This document shows positions 48,409-61,838 of a DNA stretch of 64,000 nucleotides, in pieces. Position 1 is the first letter of the stretch, and every line of letters begins with the position of its first letter. Position numbers and translations under genes: made by a program. Source of the stretch: Podospora anserina (Eukaryota); the NCBI GenBank assembly GCA_017654855.1, contig CM030337.1, positions 2,046,001-2,110,000 of the forward strand, read 5' to 3'. The notes beneath the pieces were generated by a model that saw only the letters and a program-made list of their open reading frames with translations, did no database searches and was not told where the DNA came from.

Positions 48409-51400
48409 ATGACGAGGCACTCATCAGGATCCTCCGAAGACGGTGACACTTTGCACGTCGAGGTTCCTCATGTCAGTTCGTCCAACCAATCCGCCCTGAG
48501 GCCACAGGCCGCCGCACAGCCTTCCACCTCAACTAGCCCAGACAGCACCGCCAGCCATCACCACCAACGTCGCAGCAGCGCTGACCCGCGAACCTCGTCC
48601 TCGATCAGTCGGAGGTCAACCAGCATCAATTGGAAGCCTACCGAGACCAGGAATGGCTCACTAGAGAAGCCCCCATCGCCGACGCGCCCAACAACCCCCT
48701 CTCCACTCGGCCTGATACCGACCGCGAATGGGTCACATGCAAAGAAGAGAGAGATGGAAAAGGCGCACGAGGCCATGTTTGCCGTCCGGCATCAGCGATG
48801 GCGAAGCCCGTGGGCAATTGGCCTTCTTGCGCTTGTCGCATCCATCACCGGTATCGCCTTGCTGCTGACGGTGGTTCACTCGTCGGTAACACGACAAATT
48901 GATCCAAAGGGCTGTCGAATGTCTTACTTGCGCCCGTCATACGCCAAGCTCAACGAGTTCGATACGGAACACACCCGTCTCGCAAGCAAATATTCGCTGT
49001 ACATGTATCGCGAACAGGGAATTGACCATGACACAAGGGTTCGGATCCCCCATCCTATGTCTTGGTATATGTATGCCAAGCACCTTTGCTAATCCACTGC
49101 TAACGTCAACTGCGCGCAGGTACGAGGAGTCCCCGTTCTCTTCATTCCTGGCAATGCCGGGAGCTACAAGCAAGTCCGACCCATTGCCTCTGAGGCAGCA
49201 AACTACTTCCACGATGTCCTGCAGCATGACCCCGAGACATACAACGCCGGCATCAGAAGCCTCGACTTCTTCACCGTCGATTTCAATGAAGATATCACGG
49301 CGTTCCACGGGCAGACCCTCCTCGACCAGGCCGAATACCTCAATGAGGCGATTCGCTACATCCTCTCGCTCTACCTCGATCCGCGCGTTTCCGACCGAAA
49401 CCCTGATCTTCCCGACCCGACCTCGGTGATAGTGCTGGGCCACTCTATGGGAGGAATTGTTGCGCGGACAATGCTCATCATGCCCAACTACCAAACGAAC
49501 TCGATCAACACCATCATCACCATGTCGGCGCCTCACGCCCGGCCGCCTGTGTCCTTTGACAGCCAGATCGTCAAGGCATACAAAGACATCAACGATTATT
49601 GGAGGCATGCCTACTCGCAACAGTGGGCCAACAACAACCCCCTCTGGCATGTGACGCTTGTTTCGATCGCGGGCGGAGGACTCGATACCGTGGTCCCTTC
49701 GGATTATGCGAGCGTCGAGTCGTTGGTTCCGGACACGCATGGATTCACTGTCTTCACATCGACCATTCCCACAGTATGGACGAGCATGGATCATCAGGCG
49801 ATTCTGTGGTGCGACCAGTTCCGCAAGGTGTTGGTTCGGACGCTATTTGACCTCTCCGATGTGCACAGGGCATCCCAAACGAAACCGAGGGCGGAGAGAA
49901 TGCGCGTCTTCAAAAAGCGGCTGCTTACCGGCATGGAAACTGTTGCTGAGAAGACGGCGCCTCGATCAGACCCGACGACTTTGCTTACCGTGGAGGACAA
50001 TTCTGACACCATCATTGCTCAGGGGGAGCGGTTAGTTTTGCGGCAATTGGGAACCACTGGCAGGGTTCGCGCCCACCTCATGACCATCCCACCTCCCGGG
50101 CCTCCCGAAGTCAAGCGCTTTACTTTGATGACCGATATCAAGCTCGACCAGCCTGGCGAGAACGGGAAGCTCGAAGTCATGTTTTGCAGCGTTGTCCCAT
50201 CGCAACCGGGCCAAACCGGGGCAGGATTTCCAAGCCAAATCGACCTTTCCAAGGGTACTGCAGGAACTACCCGGCTGGCTTGCCGAAGTGCTGCCCCAGA
50301 TGTCATTCCACTCCCTGGATCAAACAAGACAACCGCCTTTCCATTCTATAGGGACCTAGAGAAGCAGGTCCTGCCCTTCTACTACCTCGAGTACGACCTG
50401 GACGACATTGCTGAACAACAGTTTATTGCAGTGGTGGAGAAGGCAACGAATCCCACCCAAGGTTTCGTGATTGCCGAGTTCAGCGAGCAGTCGCAGTCAC
50501 ACCAAACGGCACAGATCGGCCTTCAACGTCTGCTCACCTCGGGCTTGAAGTTCACCATGCCTGCTGCACGACCGATGGTGACGGAAACCAAGGTGCCATC
50601 CTTGCAGTCGAGCTTGCTAGCCTACAACTTGCGCCTGAGTAGCCACTCATGTGGCAACAAAGAGGAGCTCTTCGCCCCGATGGTGAGGCAGTATCTGGTG
50701 GAGCCGTTTGAGTCGAAGTATTTTGTCAATGTACGCGATGCGCCGATCAGCCTTCACGGTGTTGCTCCCTACGTCCCTCCGCCTCTTGCCAAGAGGTCCG
50801 CCAGCGAGGATGGACTGAGCTTTCAGTTTTGGACCGATCCTACTTGCGATTCCAGCATTGAGGTTGAGCTTGAGGTGGATTTCAGTGGTAGTCTCGGCAA
50901 GCTGTATATGCGCTACCGTACCGTCTTTGCTGCGTTCCCGCTGCTCGTGGTGGCTCTCGTGTTGCGCAAACAGTTCCGCGTCTACGATACCACGGGTGTG
51001 TTCATCACCTTCACAGAAAGCTTGGATCTTTGCCTCAGGCAGTCCATTCCGTTGATGCTTGCGTCGCTCACCATGTTGACCGTGGCCACGGCCAACCCGA
51101 ACCCAGCTGGCAGCGCAAGCTTCTGGCATTGGAACAAGAGCACATCTTCGCTAGTCGATTTCCACCTTAACGACTATCTGATCGGTACTCAGGACCCGAT
51201 GTTCCTGTTCTTGATTCCCATGATTGGAATAATATGCATCGGAGTGTGCACCGTCTTCAACTACATCACACTTGCCCTCACGCACTTGTTGAGCAGCCTC
51301 TTCAACCTGTTGGCATTCCGCCCTGCGTGGGTTCGCAATGATGAACGCAAGAAACAAGGAGGCACCGGGTTTCTGCCGTCATCACCCAGGCGCAGAATGA

Positions 51401-51963
51401 TCACGACAGCCGTCTTGCTATTCCTCGTGTCTACAGCCATCCCGTACCAGTTTGCCTATCTGGTTGCCTGCCTGGTCCAACTGACAACCACAGTACGCGC
51501 GCAGCGAATCGCCCAGGAACTCCAGTCAGCAGCCAACTCGAGCTTTTACAACTACGTCCATTCGATTCTCATCCTCATGCTCTGGATCCTTCCCATCAAC
51601 CTGCCAACGCTCGTGGTCTGGATACACAACCTGGCTGTTCATTGGCTCACGCCCTTCACCTCGCACCACAATGTATTGTCCATCATGCCATTCATCGTCC
51701 TTGTGGAGACCTTGACCACGGGCAAGATGGTTCCTCCGGTCACCGGTCGGATGAAGCACCTCACGAGCATTCTGCTGTTCGGCATTGCCATCTATGCTGC
51801 CGTGTATGGAATCTCTTACGCCTACACATTACACCACCTGGTCAACCTGGTCGCGTTTTGGCTGGTCATCCTTCACTCCACCTCGGACTCTTGGCCAATA
51901 TCGGGGTTAAAACACTTGTACGAAGGAGACGCCGAGGACCGCAAGGGCGGTAAAGAGCCATGA
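48409..51963 (+). CDS. BST1: GPI inositol-deacylase (PGAP1 family)
   Basis: ATG 48409 (alternative in-frame ATG 48169); intron 49039-49119; GCRMSYLRPSY, VPVLFIPGNAGSYKQVR, lipase motif GHSMGG, DHQAILWC; multi-TM C-terminus. Confidence 0.95.
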
Positions 51964-53690
51964 ACAAAACCTCCGATTAGACACCTTTGGAATAGACTAT
52001 CCCAAAAAATTACCTGGACATTCACCAACCTATTCACCTTTTTGATACCCAATCCGAATGGTTCCGAATATCACCAGACCACGATTGTGCATGCCTCTTT
52101 GCCCGCACTGCCGGCCCTCTTTTGGCTGGCTCGCATACTTTCTGTTCTTTTCATTCTCTACGACACACGATTTTATGAGGGTGGTTTCCCGTCTGCTTCG
52201 ACTTTTATAGCACCATAACCAGGGAAATGGGTTTGCTTGGATACACCAGGGGTATTACGGATGGGAGGGAAGATTGATTTTTCTTCGCGCTCCCCTGTTT
52301 CTTCTTTTCGCTGTTCAGTTTACGTCTTGATGGATGGGGATAACACATGTGTTTTTTTTTTTTTTTTTTTTTTTTTTGGGTTCATAAGGAGCGGCAAAAT
52401 TTTTTGGTATTGGTCAAGGGTTGTCGTGGTTTGGGGAAATGGCAGCATGGTATAGGATTGGGAAGGGGAGAAACCCCCGAGCCAGTTTTGGCCGCTGATA
52501 ATGTTTATGTTTCTTTCTTTTTTTTTTCTGCTGTCTCTCGCTTCTCACTTTTTCTTCGGGGGTGGTTTGGTCGTCAGACAGACAAAACACCTTTGCTCGA
52601 TGCCCCTCGTTTCAGCTTAGCAACGCCAGCTCATCACCACAGATGGGCAGACCAAGGAGGAGGTAATGGACGATGACACCGGAGACAATAATGGTGTGTG
52701 TATGTGTGTGGTCTCTGATAGAAGAGACAGATGATCAGAAAGGTTGTCTGTTGGTGTGTGTGGTTTTGATGCTTGTTAGAATAGCGAGATGAGAAAGAGC
52801 CAAGAAAGCGAGAGGGGGGGAGTTGGATTATTACTATAGCCGGGATGGTGTAGATAGAGGGGGATGGAAGAGGTGGGTGGGATGGTTGGTGTATATACCA
52901 CTTGTATTTAATTAGGGAGGGGGAGTAGTGCAGACACAATCTCTTGAGAAGGTTGTGTGAGGCAGAAGGGAAGAATATATGATCAAGTTCAAGTACTTTG
53001 TGCGGGAAGTGAAGCGGGTTCTTGTTGAGCTGTGAACGCTCAAACCAAGCGATAAGGCCTCTTTCACATAGACACGAAGTATTCCAGCTGTGTTATCCAA
53101 AGTCATCTATGGCATCTCCACCAGCATGGGAGATAGTAGTTCGTCAATTTTTTGTCGATCTGAAACACATAGGTACTTATACATGATGTCCTGCACAGCC
53201 TTACACTGCCCTTTATTTCATCTCTACCATGGAGGATACACTTCTTAGGAAGCCAGTCAAATATACCAAGGTCGCCTTGATATACAAAATCGTAACTGAA
53301 AAGCCAAAAACCCTAACCCAGAATCCTGCAGGCCTTCCCCCTGCTGTGGCATCTCCACCAATCAAATGCAGGTACCCCTGCAGAGTCACGTGAACATTGT
53401 CCCCCGTCCCAAGTTTTGTGGCGCAGGTGCAGGAGGCAGGATCCTTGGGCGCTGCGTCACGTAACCTCCAGCCGCCGCAGCCGTTACCGTCGTCGTCGTC
53501 GCAGTTGGCTCGATCCAGTGTTTGCAACATTCAACTACCTCCTAGCTACTGTCAACAAACCCCGACGATAAACCCAACGAACCCCGATATCTTTTTGCGC
53601 ACGATATCCGATCGCACCTAACCACGAAATATTTCTCCCTTTGAATCAACCCGCCTGGTGTGGCCTGAGGGGCTATACTCAACCACCGCG

Positions 53691-55248
53691 ATGGGCGCCC
53701 TCCTCTCCCTCCCGCTGATGGCGGTTCCAAGCCTAGGCACAGTACGCGACCCCCCCCATTATCGCCCCCCCCCCCCAAGAAACATCAACAAAGTGCGATA
53801 GACTGACGATATAACCTTAGCTCCTCTCCTTCGGCGCAAGCTGCTGCGGAGCAGCAACCTGCTCAATGGTCTGCTCCGCCTGCGGAAAATGCGGCAACTC
53901 GGTCGCAACCCGCATAGCCTACGCCCTCATCCTCCTCGTCAACTCGATCCTCTCCTGGATCATGCTCACAAAGTGGGCCATCGAGAAGCTCCAGCACCTC
54001 ATGCTCGACTACGTAAAGATCAAATGCGGCGAGGGCGACTGCTACGGCTGGCTAGCCGTCCACAGAATCAACTTTGCGCTCGGCATGTTCCACCTCGTCC
54101 TTGCCGGACTGATGCTGGGGGTTCACTCCTCCAAGAACCCTCGCGCGGCGATACAAAATGGTTTCTGGGGTCCAAAGATCATTGCCTGGTTGGGGCTGAT
54201 CGTGTTGACTTTTTTCATTCCGGATACGTTTTTCCAGTTTTGGGGGAACTACGTCGCGCTGATTTGCGCGATGCTGTTTTTGATGCTGGGGTTGATTTTG
54301 CTGGTGGATTTGGCGCATAATTGGGCAGAGTACTGTCTTGGGCAGATTGAGGAGTCCGAGTCGAAGACCTGGAGGGTGGTTTTGATTGGGTCGACGTTGG
54401 GGATGTATGTGGCTAGTTTGGCCATGACGGTGGTGCAGTATGTGTTTTTTGCCGGGTCGGGGTGTTCGATGAACCAGGCGGCGATTACGATCAATTTGCT
54501 GCTCTGGCTGGTCATCTCGGTCATTTCGGTGCACCCGACTGTGCAGGAGTATAACCCCAAGGCCGGGCTGGCTCAGGCGGCCATGGTGGCGGTATACTGC
54601 ACCTATTTGACCATGTCGGCCGTGTCGATGGAGCCGGACGAGACGGAGGATAAGCACTGTAATCCGTTGATTGCGGGGCAGGGGACGAGGACTACGACTG
54701 TGGTTATTGGTGCTATTGTTACGATGTTGACGGTGGCGTATACGACCACCAGGGCGGCGACGCAGTCTCTTGGTTTGGGGGGGAAAAGTGGGGGACAGAT
54801 TCGGCTGCCGGAGGAGGACGAGGTTGATTATGAGCACAGCCTCATCACCACGCAGCCGGATAACTCGCGGCGTCAAATGCGTGCCGAGGCGCTGAGACGG
54901 GCGGTGGAGGAGGGGTCCCTTCCGGCGGATGCGCTCTTGTCGGATGATGATGATCATGTTCATGGGCACTCACCCAATGGCGGGACGATGGACGATGAAC
55001 GGACGAGCACGCAGTACAGTTATGCCATGTTTCACGTCATTTTCTTTTTGGCGACGGCGTGGGTGGCGACGTTGCTGACGAGCGATTGGGATGATGGGAA
55101 GGTGGCGGATGGGGGGGATTTTGCTACGGTGGGGAGGACGCTGTGGGCGAGCTGGGTCAAGATTGTGAGCGGGTGGGTTTGTTATGGGATGTATACTTGG
55201 ACGCTCGTGGCGCCGATTGTGCTGCCGGGGAGGTTTGAGTTTGAGTAG
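53691..55248 (+). CDS. TMS1: Serine incorporator (SERINC/Tms1) membrane protein
   Basis: ATG 53691 (MGALLSLPL); intron 53742-53820; SCCGAATCSMVCSACGKC, CYGWLAVHRINFALG, IQNGFWGPK, YTWTLVAPIVLPGRF. Confidence 0.95.
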
Positions 55249-56562
55249 GTAGGGGGAAGATGAGGGTTGAGATTGGGAAGAGAGGAGGGTGCCGAGAGGG
55301 AAGGGGTCAGGGAGGGTGTATTGCATAGGACAGCAGAGCTACTACGGCTGCAGATTCTGGGTTTTTTTTTGGGTGTTTTGGAGTTTTTGGGCAAGTGTTT
55401 TGGTAGCAAGCAAGGGTGTGGTTGTTCTTGTTTGTGGTGAATATATGGATAGGACCGAGACCATTCCCTCTGTGGCCAACTGCTCCTTATGTTGAATGAA
55501 GAAAGTGTGAATATCTCCCAATAGGGACGCGGTGTCAGTCGTGGAAGATCACTGTTCTTCAGCCTCATATAGCTCAGGACCTTATGTACCATCCGGCTCT
55601 CTCAAAGTCTTGATTCCACCTTACAATCTCAATCAAACGTGATGGGCTAGGTGGGATAGCAGGAACGGTGACGGGGAGCCTCGACTCTCCGAATCCTCCC
55701 CTAGGCCGCCCATTTATCCCCCCTCTACCCTTTCCTGTCTATCGACTTCTTTCTCCCCACTGTCTAAGCTAGTTCAGGGGTGTGTCTGTCTATCTGCAGA
55801 TATGATGCCGCTTTGTTACACAGATTTACCCGTCAAGATTCTCAGCCCCGTCTCACAATGCTGCAATGACGGAGAACCCTCTCTCCGCGCTGGTTAGATT
55901 AACATGGTCTCTGCTGAATACTGTAGGAAGCCGTCACCGAGGCCAAGGGAGCTCTGGAAGTATGCACTGTACTCTCTACCTGTGTGTTCCACCAAATAAC
56001 CCCCCTCCCCCCAATCTCTTCATGCCGTGCATGTCAATTGTGTTTGCCAAAAAGGCAATCTCGGCGAGATACCGAAAGTGAGCGAGGCCATTCCACAACC
56101 TTCTCACCATCGTGGGGTAAAATGACTTTTGTTGGTGTAGGTGCCGGTATTACATCATCCATGTACCTGCCCTTCTCTTCTCCATATCAAGACACATAAG
56201 GTATGTTCCCCCCTATCCCGAGACGAGCCGTCTCGTCCCGAACCTCCTTCACACCATCAGCCGAAGAGGGTGGTGTGTAGGACCCGATACGGCGGAAAAG
56301 GGGGGCGTGTAATCTTGGGGGTCCAAGACGCATGTGGGAGAGGACATATGACCTTGTGATGGCGTCCTGCAAGCAGGGGAAAGTGAGGTAGGTGTGGTTG
56401 CGGCTTGATATCATGGTCCGGTGAGGCATCTAAAGTGCATGTAGATTATGCCCCCAAAGAACGACAAGCCCGGAAAACTATCGCGATGGGCTGGGCTCGG
56501 TACCTTTGCGATTATCTTGCTGAGTTGCGTGTAGGCCTTGCCGCCCAGCCGGCGTATGTCGC

Positions 56563-56615
56563 TCCTGCTGCTGCTCAGTCTCTGGTTCCTGCTGCTGCTC
56601 AGTCTCTGGTTCCTG
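56563..56615. repeat. Perfect 24-bp tandem duplication (CCTGCTGCTGCTCAGTCTCTGGTT x2)
   Basis: Units 56564-56587 and 56588-56611. Confidence 0.92.
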
Positions 56616-57042
56616 TGCAGGAACGAAAGCAAAATGTTTGCTCCCCCATATACCTACTCCCCCAACTGCCATCCGTCAAAAGTGTGCAAGAAGAACTGTG
56701 TTACTCCCCATGCGCATGAGAGAAGAGAGGATCGTAGAAATGGCGCAATCTTTCAGAGCTGCCCGACATGTAACCCGGCAACGAGTGAGCGGGCCAAACT
56801 TCCTCACCTAGAAGTAATCCAACAACAACCCAACCCAAGGTGATAACTAATCCTAATTCCGAGATCTACGGCCCGAATCTCGGCCGGAAGAAACTACCTT
56901 CCACGCATCGCATCAGGCCCAGACCTACCTAGCTTTTTGACAGGGAGGGCGCATGGAACAAAAAAACCTCCTTAAGCGAACTGCTGCTGTCAAACACGAA
57001 ATGATAGGTGTCGTGCAAGTCTCACCCCCCCACCCCCCCTCC

Positions 57043-57111
57043 GCCTACCTGCCTACCTGCCTACCTGCCTACCTGCCTACCTACCTACCTACCTACCTAC
57101 CTACCTACCTA
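57043..57111. repeat. Tetranucleotide microsatellite (CCTA/CCTG)n
   Basis: Directly visible. Confidence 0.9.
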
Positions 57112-59482
57112 CCACCCACCCCCAGAGCAGGAGATAGGAGAAACCGTCCCAGCGGTGCAACAACAACTGGGTCAAGACCAGGACGGAGACCATGCACCCA
57201 AGTGGCCTGGGGTAACTAGGCCGCCGCCGCCGTGTTTGTACAACAACAAAAAGGGTTACGCAAGAAAAAGCGAGCAATATCCCTCCCTCTCCTAGCATTC
57301 TTCACCCCCAGCGGCGGCCGAGTCGCATCTTTCCCTTAGGTACACCAAAAAGATCCTATCACCAACCCCCTTCCATCCATCCATCCATCCATCCATCTAT
57401 CCGACACCCACCCCATCACCCTGGGCAGCATGTCGGCACCTCGTTCAAAAGATTGGGGGGTTGGGTGGGGTGTCAAACCACGAGCCTTGTCACAAGACCA
57501 CTCAATTAGCCAGCTATCGTGCAAGGTGGCTTCGAACAAACGGGAAGCTGCAGCCGCATAAAGGGAGGAAGAGTTGGGCAAAGCAGAACAAGGCCCAAAC
57601 ATCCACCGCTTTTCTGCGCTGATTCCGTCAAGATGCTGAACCAGGATAGCCGCTTTGGAAGTACAGCGCAGGAAATGTAAAATGCTGTGTGTGGTGTTGG
57701 CAGCAGAAAGAATAATATCTCGTCGAGATCGAGGAGAAAGCAGGACTCAAGGTTCCCCCCCGCAACACCAAGATGGTATTGTCATGATAAACGAGCATGC
57801 AAAAGAAGAAGACCCCGAGGCCACAGGAATCTCGCTGCAATATCTTGCAGCAGCGCATAACCCACAAAAGAAGCCAAGTGCTCTCTGCATGTACGGAGAT
57901 GTCAGCAACTGTCGTGCTTGAGAGAGAAAGCGCAGCTAGACCTCCTGAGCACACTGGCAGCCTGAGGAGTCTGGGCTGCGAGAGTTCCCTCTGTAACCGC
58001 CGCATCCGAAGCAAACAAGCCTTCAACAACTAGCCTCCAGCATACACAGTCTTCTCGGTCTCGTCGGTCTTATCGAGCCGCGTTGCAGATATACAGCATA
58101 CATCTGCACAACCCAAGGCCACAGCTGCGCGGCAATATCTGAGCTCTCTATATCTCGTAGACCGGTTGCCCCCCATGGGGGCCCGACCCTCTCTCGTCCG
58201 GCAGCATGCCAACAAAGCATCGTGAGAAGAAGAAAAAAGGTGTGGTCGTACCATAGTTACTAGCAAACCACCACCGGTCGGAGGGCAGCAGCGAATCGGC
58301 ATCAGACGCAAAACGAAAACACCAAATCCTCGGCTTGTATCAGAGGTCATCATTCTCATGACGCTGACCGATGTCATTTCGTGAGCAGCGCGCTGAGGCG
58401 TCGTTGATGATGCGTGTACCACCGAGATAACATCTTCGGAACAGGGACATGGCCTGAGACCGTGGGTGGGAAAAGTGAGGTGTCATGTCCACACCAAGAT
58501 GGCCCAACGCACATCCAAGCCCCTAGGTGTCACAGCGACTGATCGGTCGCAGCATCCTGCAAAGTGAGCGGCTCAAACATCTGTCCCCGGTCAGTTGGGC
58601 ATGGCGCAATGGTGGAAGTTGTCATGAGTGTAGAGGCAACGCTAGAGCGATCCCCCCGTTCCTTTCTATTCCTCTCGTTCTACCTCAGCGGCCTGGTGCG
58701 CGGGACGTCCCGCAACACCGAGGGCCGTCATCATACAGCTGGTCGTCTCAGGAGGATGACCAGAACATAAAAGCACCATCCTCCCCCGGTTGTGCCATGG
58801 AGCAAGAAGGCTTCCTGTGCACCCGCAACATCACCACTCGAGAAGACCCCATCTGCCCCCACCCAAACCCCCTTGGCCCCAGGCGACCATGCCTCACAGC
58901 GTGAGAGATGACAAAGCTTCTGGGGACCACAGTCAAAGGTTCGTGATACCCAGCCGTTCTGCCGCATATTTTCCGAGGGGACTCCCTCTCACAAGTTCCA
59001 TAGTTCCAGTCGACACCAGGTCACTCCCCCTCCGTCCAGTCAATCTGGGTCCTCCTCACAGGAGGAATCGCCCATGCTGAAGGCTTGGGAAGCCGAGCAT
59101 AACCCCAGCAACCTCACCATCACCGAAACGCTTTTCCAGAGCGGGTTGACGAGGTGAGTCGTGATTGATCCTGTGTCTCCTAGGCAGTTGTTTTAGTAGT
59201 ACTAAGCGATTGTAGTGCCCGCACTGGGGCTTGAAGCACCGCCCGCAGCATCCGTTTGGGGTTGCTTTCGAGGCCGAGAGCGTGTTGTGATGGGGACAAG
59301 ATTTTTGGCGTTCAACGTCTTGACAACGATATCCGTTGTCGTTGTATATTTCATTACTTTTGGTGTATCCCAGATATCCGCCCAGCATGCTTGTAAGGGG
59401 AATGAAACCAGATGAACATCCCAGACGCCCACCGTTTCCCGTGCAGTCCGAAAATCGTCAGTCGTAATGGCTAGGTGCGAGC

Positions 59483-60869
59483 CTAAGCTGATGGTGTCGA
59501 GCTTCCGCCGTTGGCCTCATTTGCGTGAAAGCCATCGATCGTCAGCGTCACAGCGCCGGCTTGCACAAGCTAGAGTCAAGATGTCAGACCGAGCCATGCA
59601 TCAGAAAGCGGTTTGGGAATCACAACTTACAGCACGAGTAAGATCGTCGATGAGATCGTCCACGTCCTCGATACCCACACACAAGCGAATGATGTCCTCA
59701 GGCATCTGCCTCTCCGCCCTTGTCTTTGCGTCGATGCTAGCATGGCTCATACGGCATGGCATGCTGATCAAGCTATTGACACAGCCGAAACTGACACTGA
59801 TGCCCCAGAGCCTGGCAGCTTCCACTATCCTCTCGGAAAGGGCGACATCGCCAGTCTCAAAGGAAAGCACGGCACCGGCACCACGAGCCATGGACCAGTG
59901 CAGATCGTACTGGGGATGAGACCTGAGACCTGGATAGCGAACTTTGAAGCCGTGTGACTCGAGAAACTCGGCAATTCGTTGAGCGCTGGTCTGCTGCTTC
60001 TCCATGCGGATGGCCAGTGTCTTGACACCCCTCATGAGCAAAAAGGAGTCGTTGGGGGAGAGTCCACAGCCGGTAGCATTGATAGTAAAGTACATCTTGT
60101 CTCCGATCTCTGCGTCATTGACGGCAATGACACCGGCCATGATATCGTGGTGACCGGAGAGGTACTTGGTGCCGGACTCGTAGGAAATGTCGGCGCCGAG
60201 ATCCAGAGGGTTGCAGAGCATGGGCGACAGCATGGTGTTGTCGACGACAACCAATGCCTTGCTGTTGGCCTCGTGCGATGCTCTGGCGATCGACGCGACA
60301 TCGACGATCTTGATCAGCGGGTTCGTCGGCGTCTCCAGCAGAACCATGGCCGTCTTCTCCGTAATCACCTCCTTCACGGCGTCGACGTTGGTGGTGTCGA
60401 CGTGATGCACAACAACCCCCTGGTTGTTCTTCAGATATGTCAGAAGCCGGTTCGTGCCACCATACAAATCATCGCCCGTGATAACCTCGTCACCCGGTTT
60501 CAGAAGGCGTGTAATGACATCCAATGCACCCATTCCCGAGCCGACAGCCAGGCAGCGGGTCGCATTCATGATCTTGGCCAGGTGGCGTTCAAGATGGGTC
60601 CGGGTAGGGTTTCCCGATCGAGTGTAGTCATACTCGTTGCCGCCGTTGGAAGACGTTTGCTTGAAGGTGGCCGACTGGTAGATCGGGATGCTCGAGGCAC
60701 CATACTGGTCCTTGGAGTCAGTATAGACGAGCTCGGTTGCGAGAGCATACCGGCGTGACCCAGGGTGCGGACTCGACGGGGCAGGTGATGGGGGGAGAGC
60801 ATGGCCATCGAGATCGACTCTGGAGAGGGCCTTCTTCGCGGCCTGCGCGGGCGTACTTGGGGAAGCCAT
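59483..60869 (-). CDS. STR3: Cystathionine beta-lyase (PLP-dependent transsulfuration enzyme)
   Basis: ATG 60869; PIYQSATFKQ, YDYTRSGNPTR, LETPTNP, PLP-lysine motif ESGTKYLSGHHD, SHASI, IRLCVGIED; intron 59570-59630 and a short last exon LVQAGAV..PSA-TAG (59483). Confidence 0.95.
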
Positions 60870-61838
60870 TGGGAGCGAGTTCCTGTGTGGTGGGTGACAG
60901 GCAGGTGACTCAATATCAGGTTTGTTGGAGGCGGGGTGGTTTTTGCGGGATGGAAGCCGCAAAGGTAAGGTAGGTATCGGAAACACAAGAGGAAGGAGGG
61001 CCAATGCTTTGTGTTGTAGAGTCAAAGAGTCGAGAAGAGGATATGATACGATATGATATGATATGGATTTTCCGGGGAAAACTGGATCAGCGCGGGACAG
61101 CGTTGCGTCTTTTCCCTCCAAGAGTTGTCAGTATTCGATGATATGATTCGGGGATTGGGGGTTGGCTGGTCAGTCTGTAACACACTGCCATCGCGACCGC
61201 TCTTTACTCCGGAGTCGGACAGGAGTTGTTCTGCTAGGGGGGTACTTGGGGTTCTGGTGGCAAACATGTGACAAATCAGGTAGCGCCGTAGCCAACTTAC
61301 AGCAAAAGCGCAGTGGGTCATCCAAATGACGTGCTTGCCTGCCGCGGATGAACCCGTTTTGACAGCAATGTACGAGCTCACTTACATGGTATGATGACTC
61401 TGAGCAAAGAGCGAGGGCACTGTCACGTCAGCCCGTTACCGAAATCTCTTCCTGTCTGCCCTCTCATTCCTATGGGGTAATGAGGGGAACATGGCCATCC
61501 ATCTTGATTTGCCGTGTCAGTGCCCAAGGCTCGGCTCCGGGCCGACAGCAGCCAGCACGCCGGCTAAAGGCTATGCCACGAAGTATCACTATCACCATGA
61601 GATAGAGACCTGTTTCGTGTGTCTGGTTGGTTATCTATTACTCTAAAGCAGACTTTGGAGATATTGGAGATGAAACTCGCTCCCCCCCTTGTCTGTCCAG
61701 CCGGGGAAGCATGCCGCTGTGTCAATCGCTTGTTCCGCCAACCCCCAATCTGTTCGTGATATACGAACAGACACTCTGATCTATCGCTGCTCGTTTATCT
61801 TATCAATGCCATGAACCATGAACCATACACCCATCCCT

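Noticed and set aside
54052-54969. 305-aa - strand ORF (similar cases at 32671-33687, 43464-44210, 48937-49794, 59979-60758)
   Set aside because: Antisense shadows of well-supported genes.
60870-61121. N-terminal extensions in the ORF track (also 24245-24598 and 35146-35379)
   Set aside because: Non-ATG starts or UTR-like composition; family-like sequence begins at the downstream ATG.
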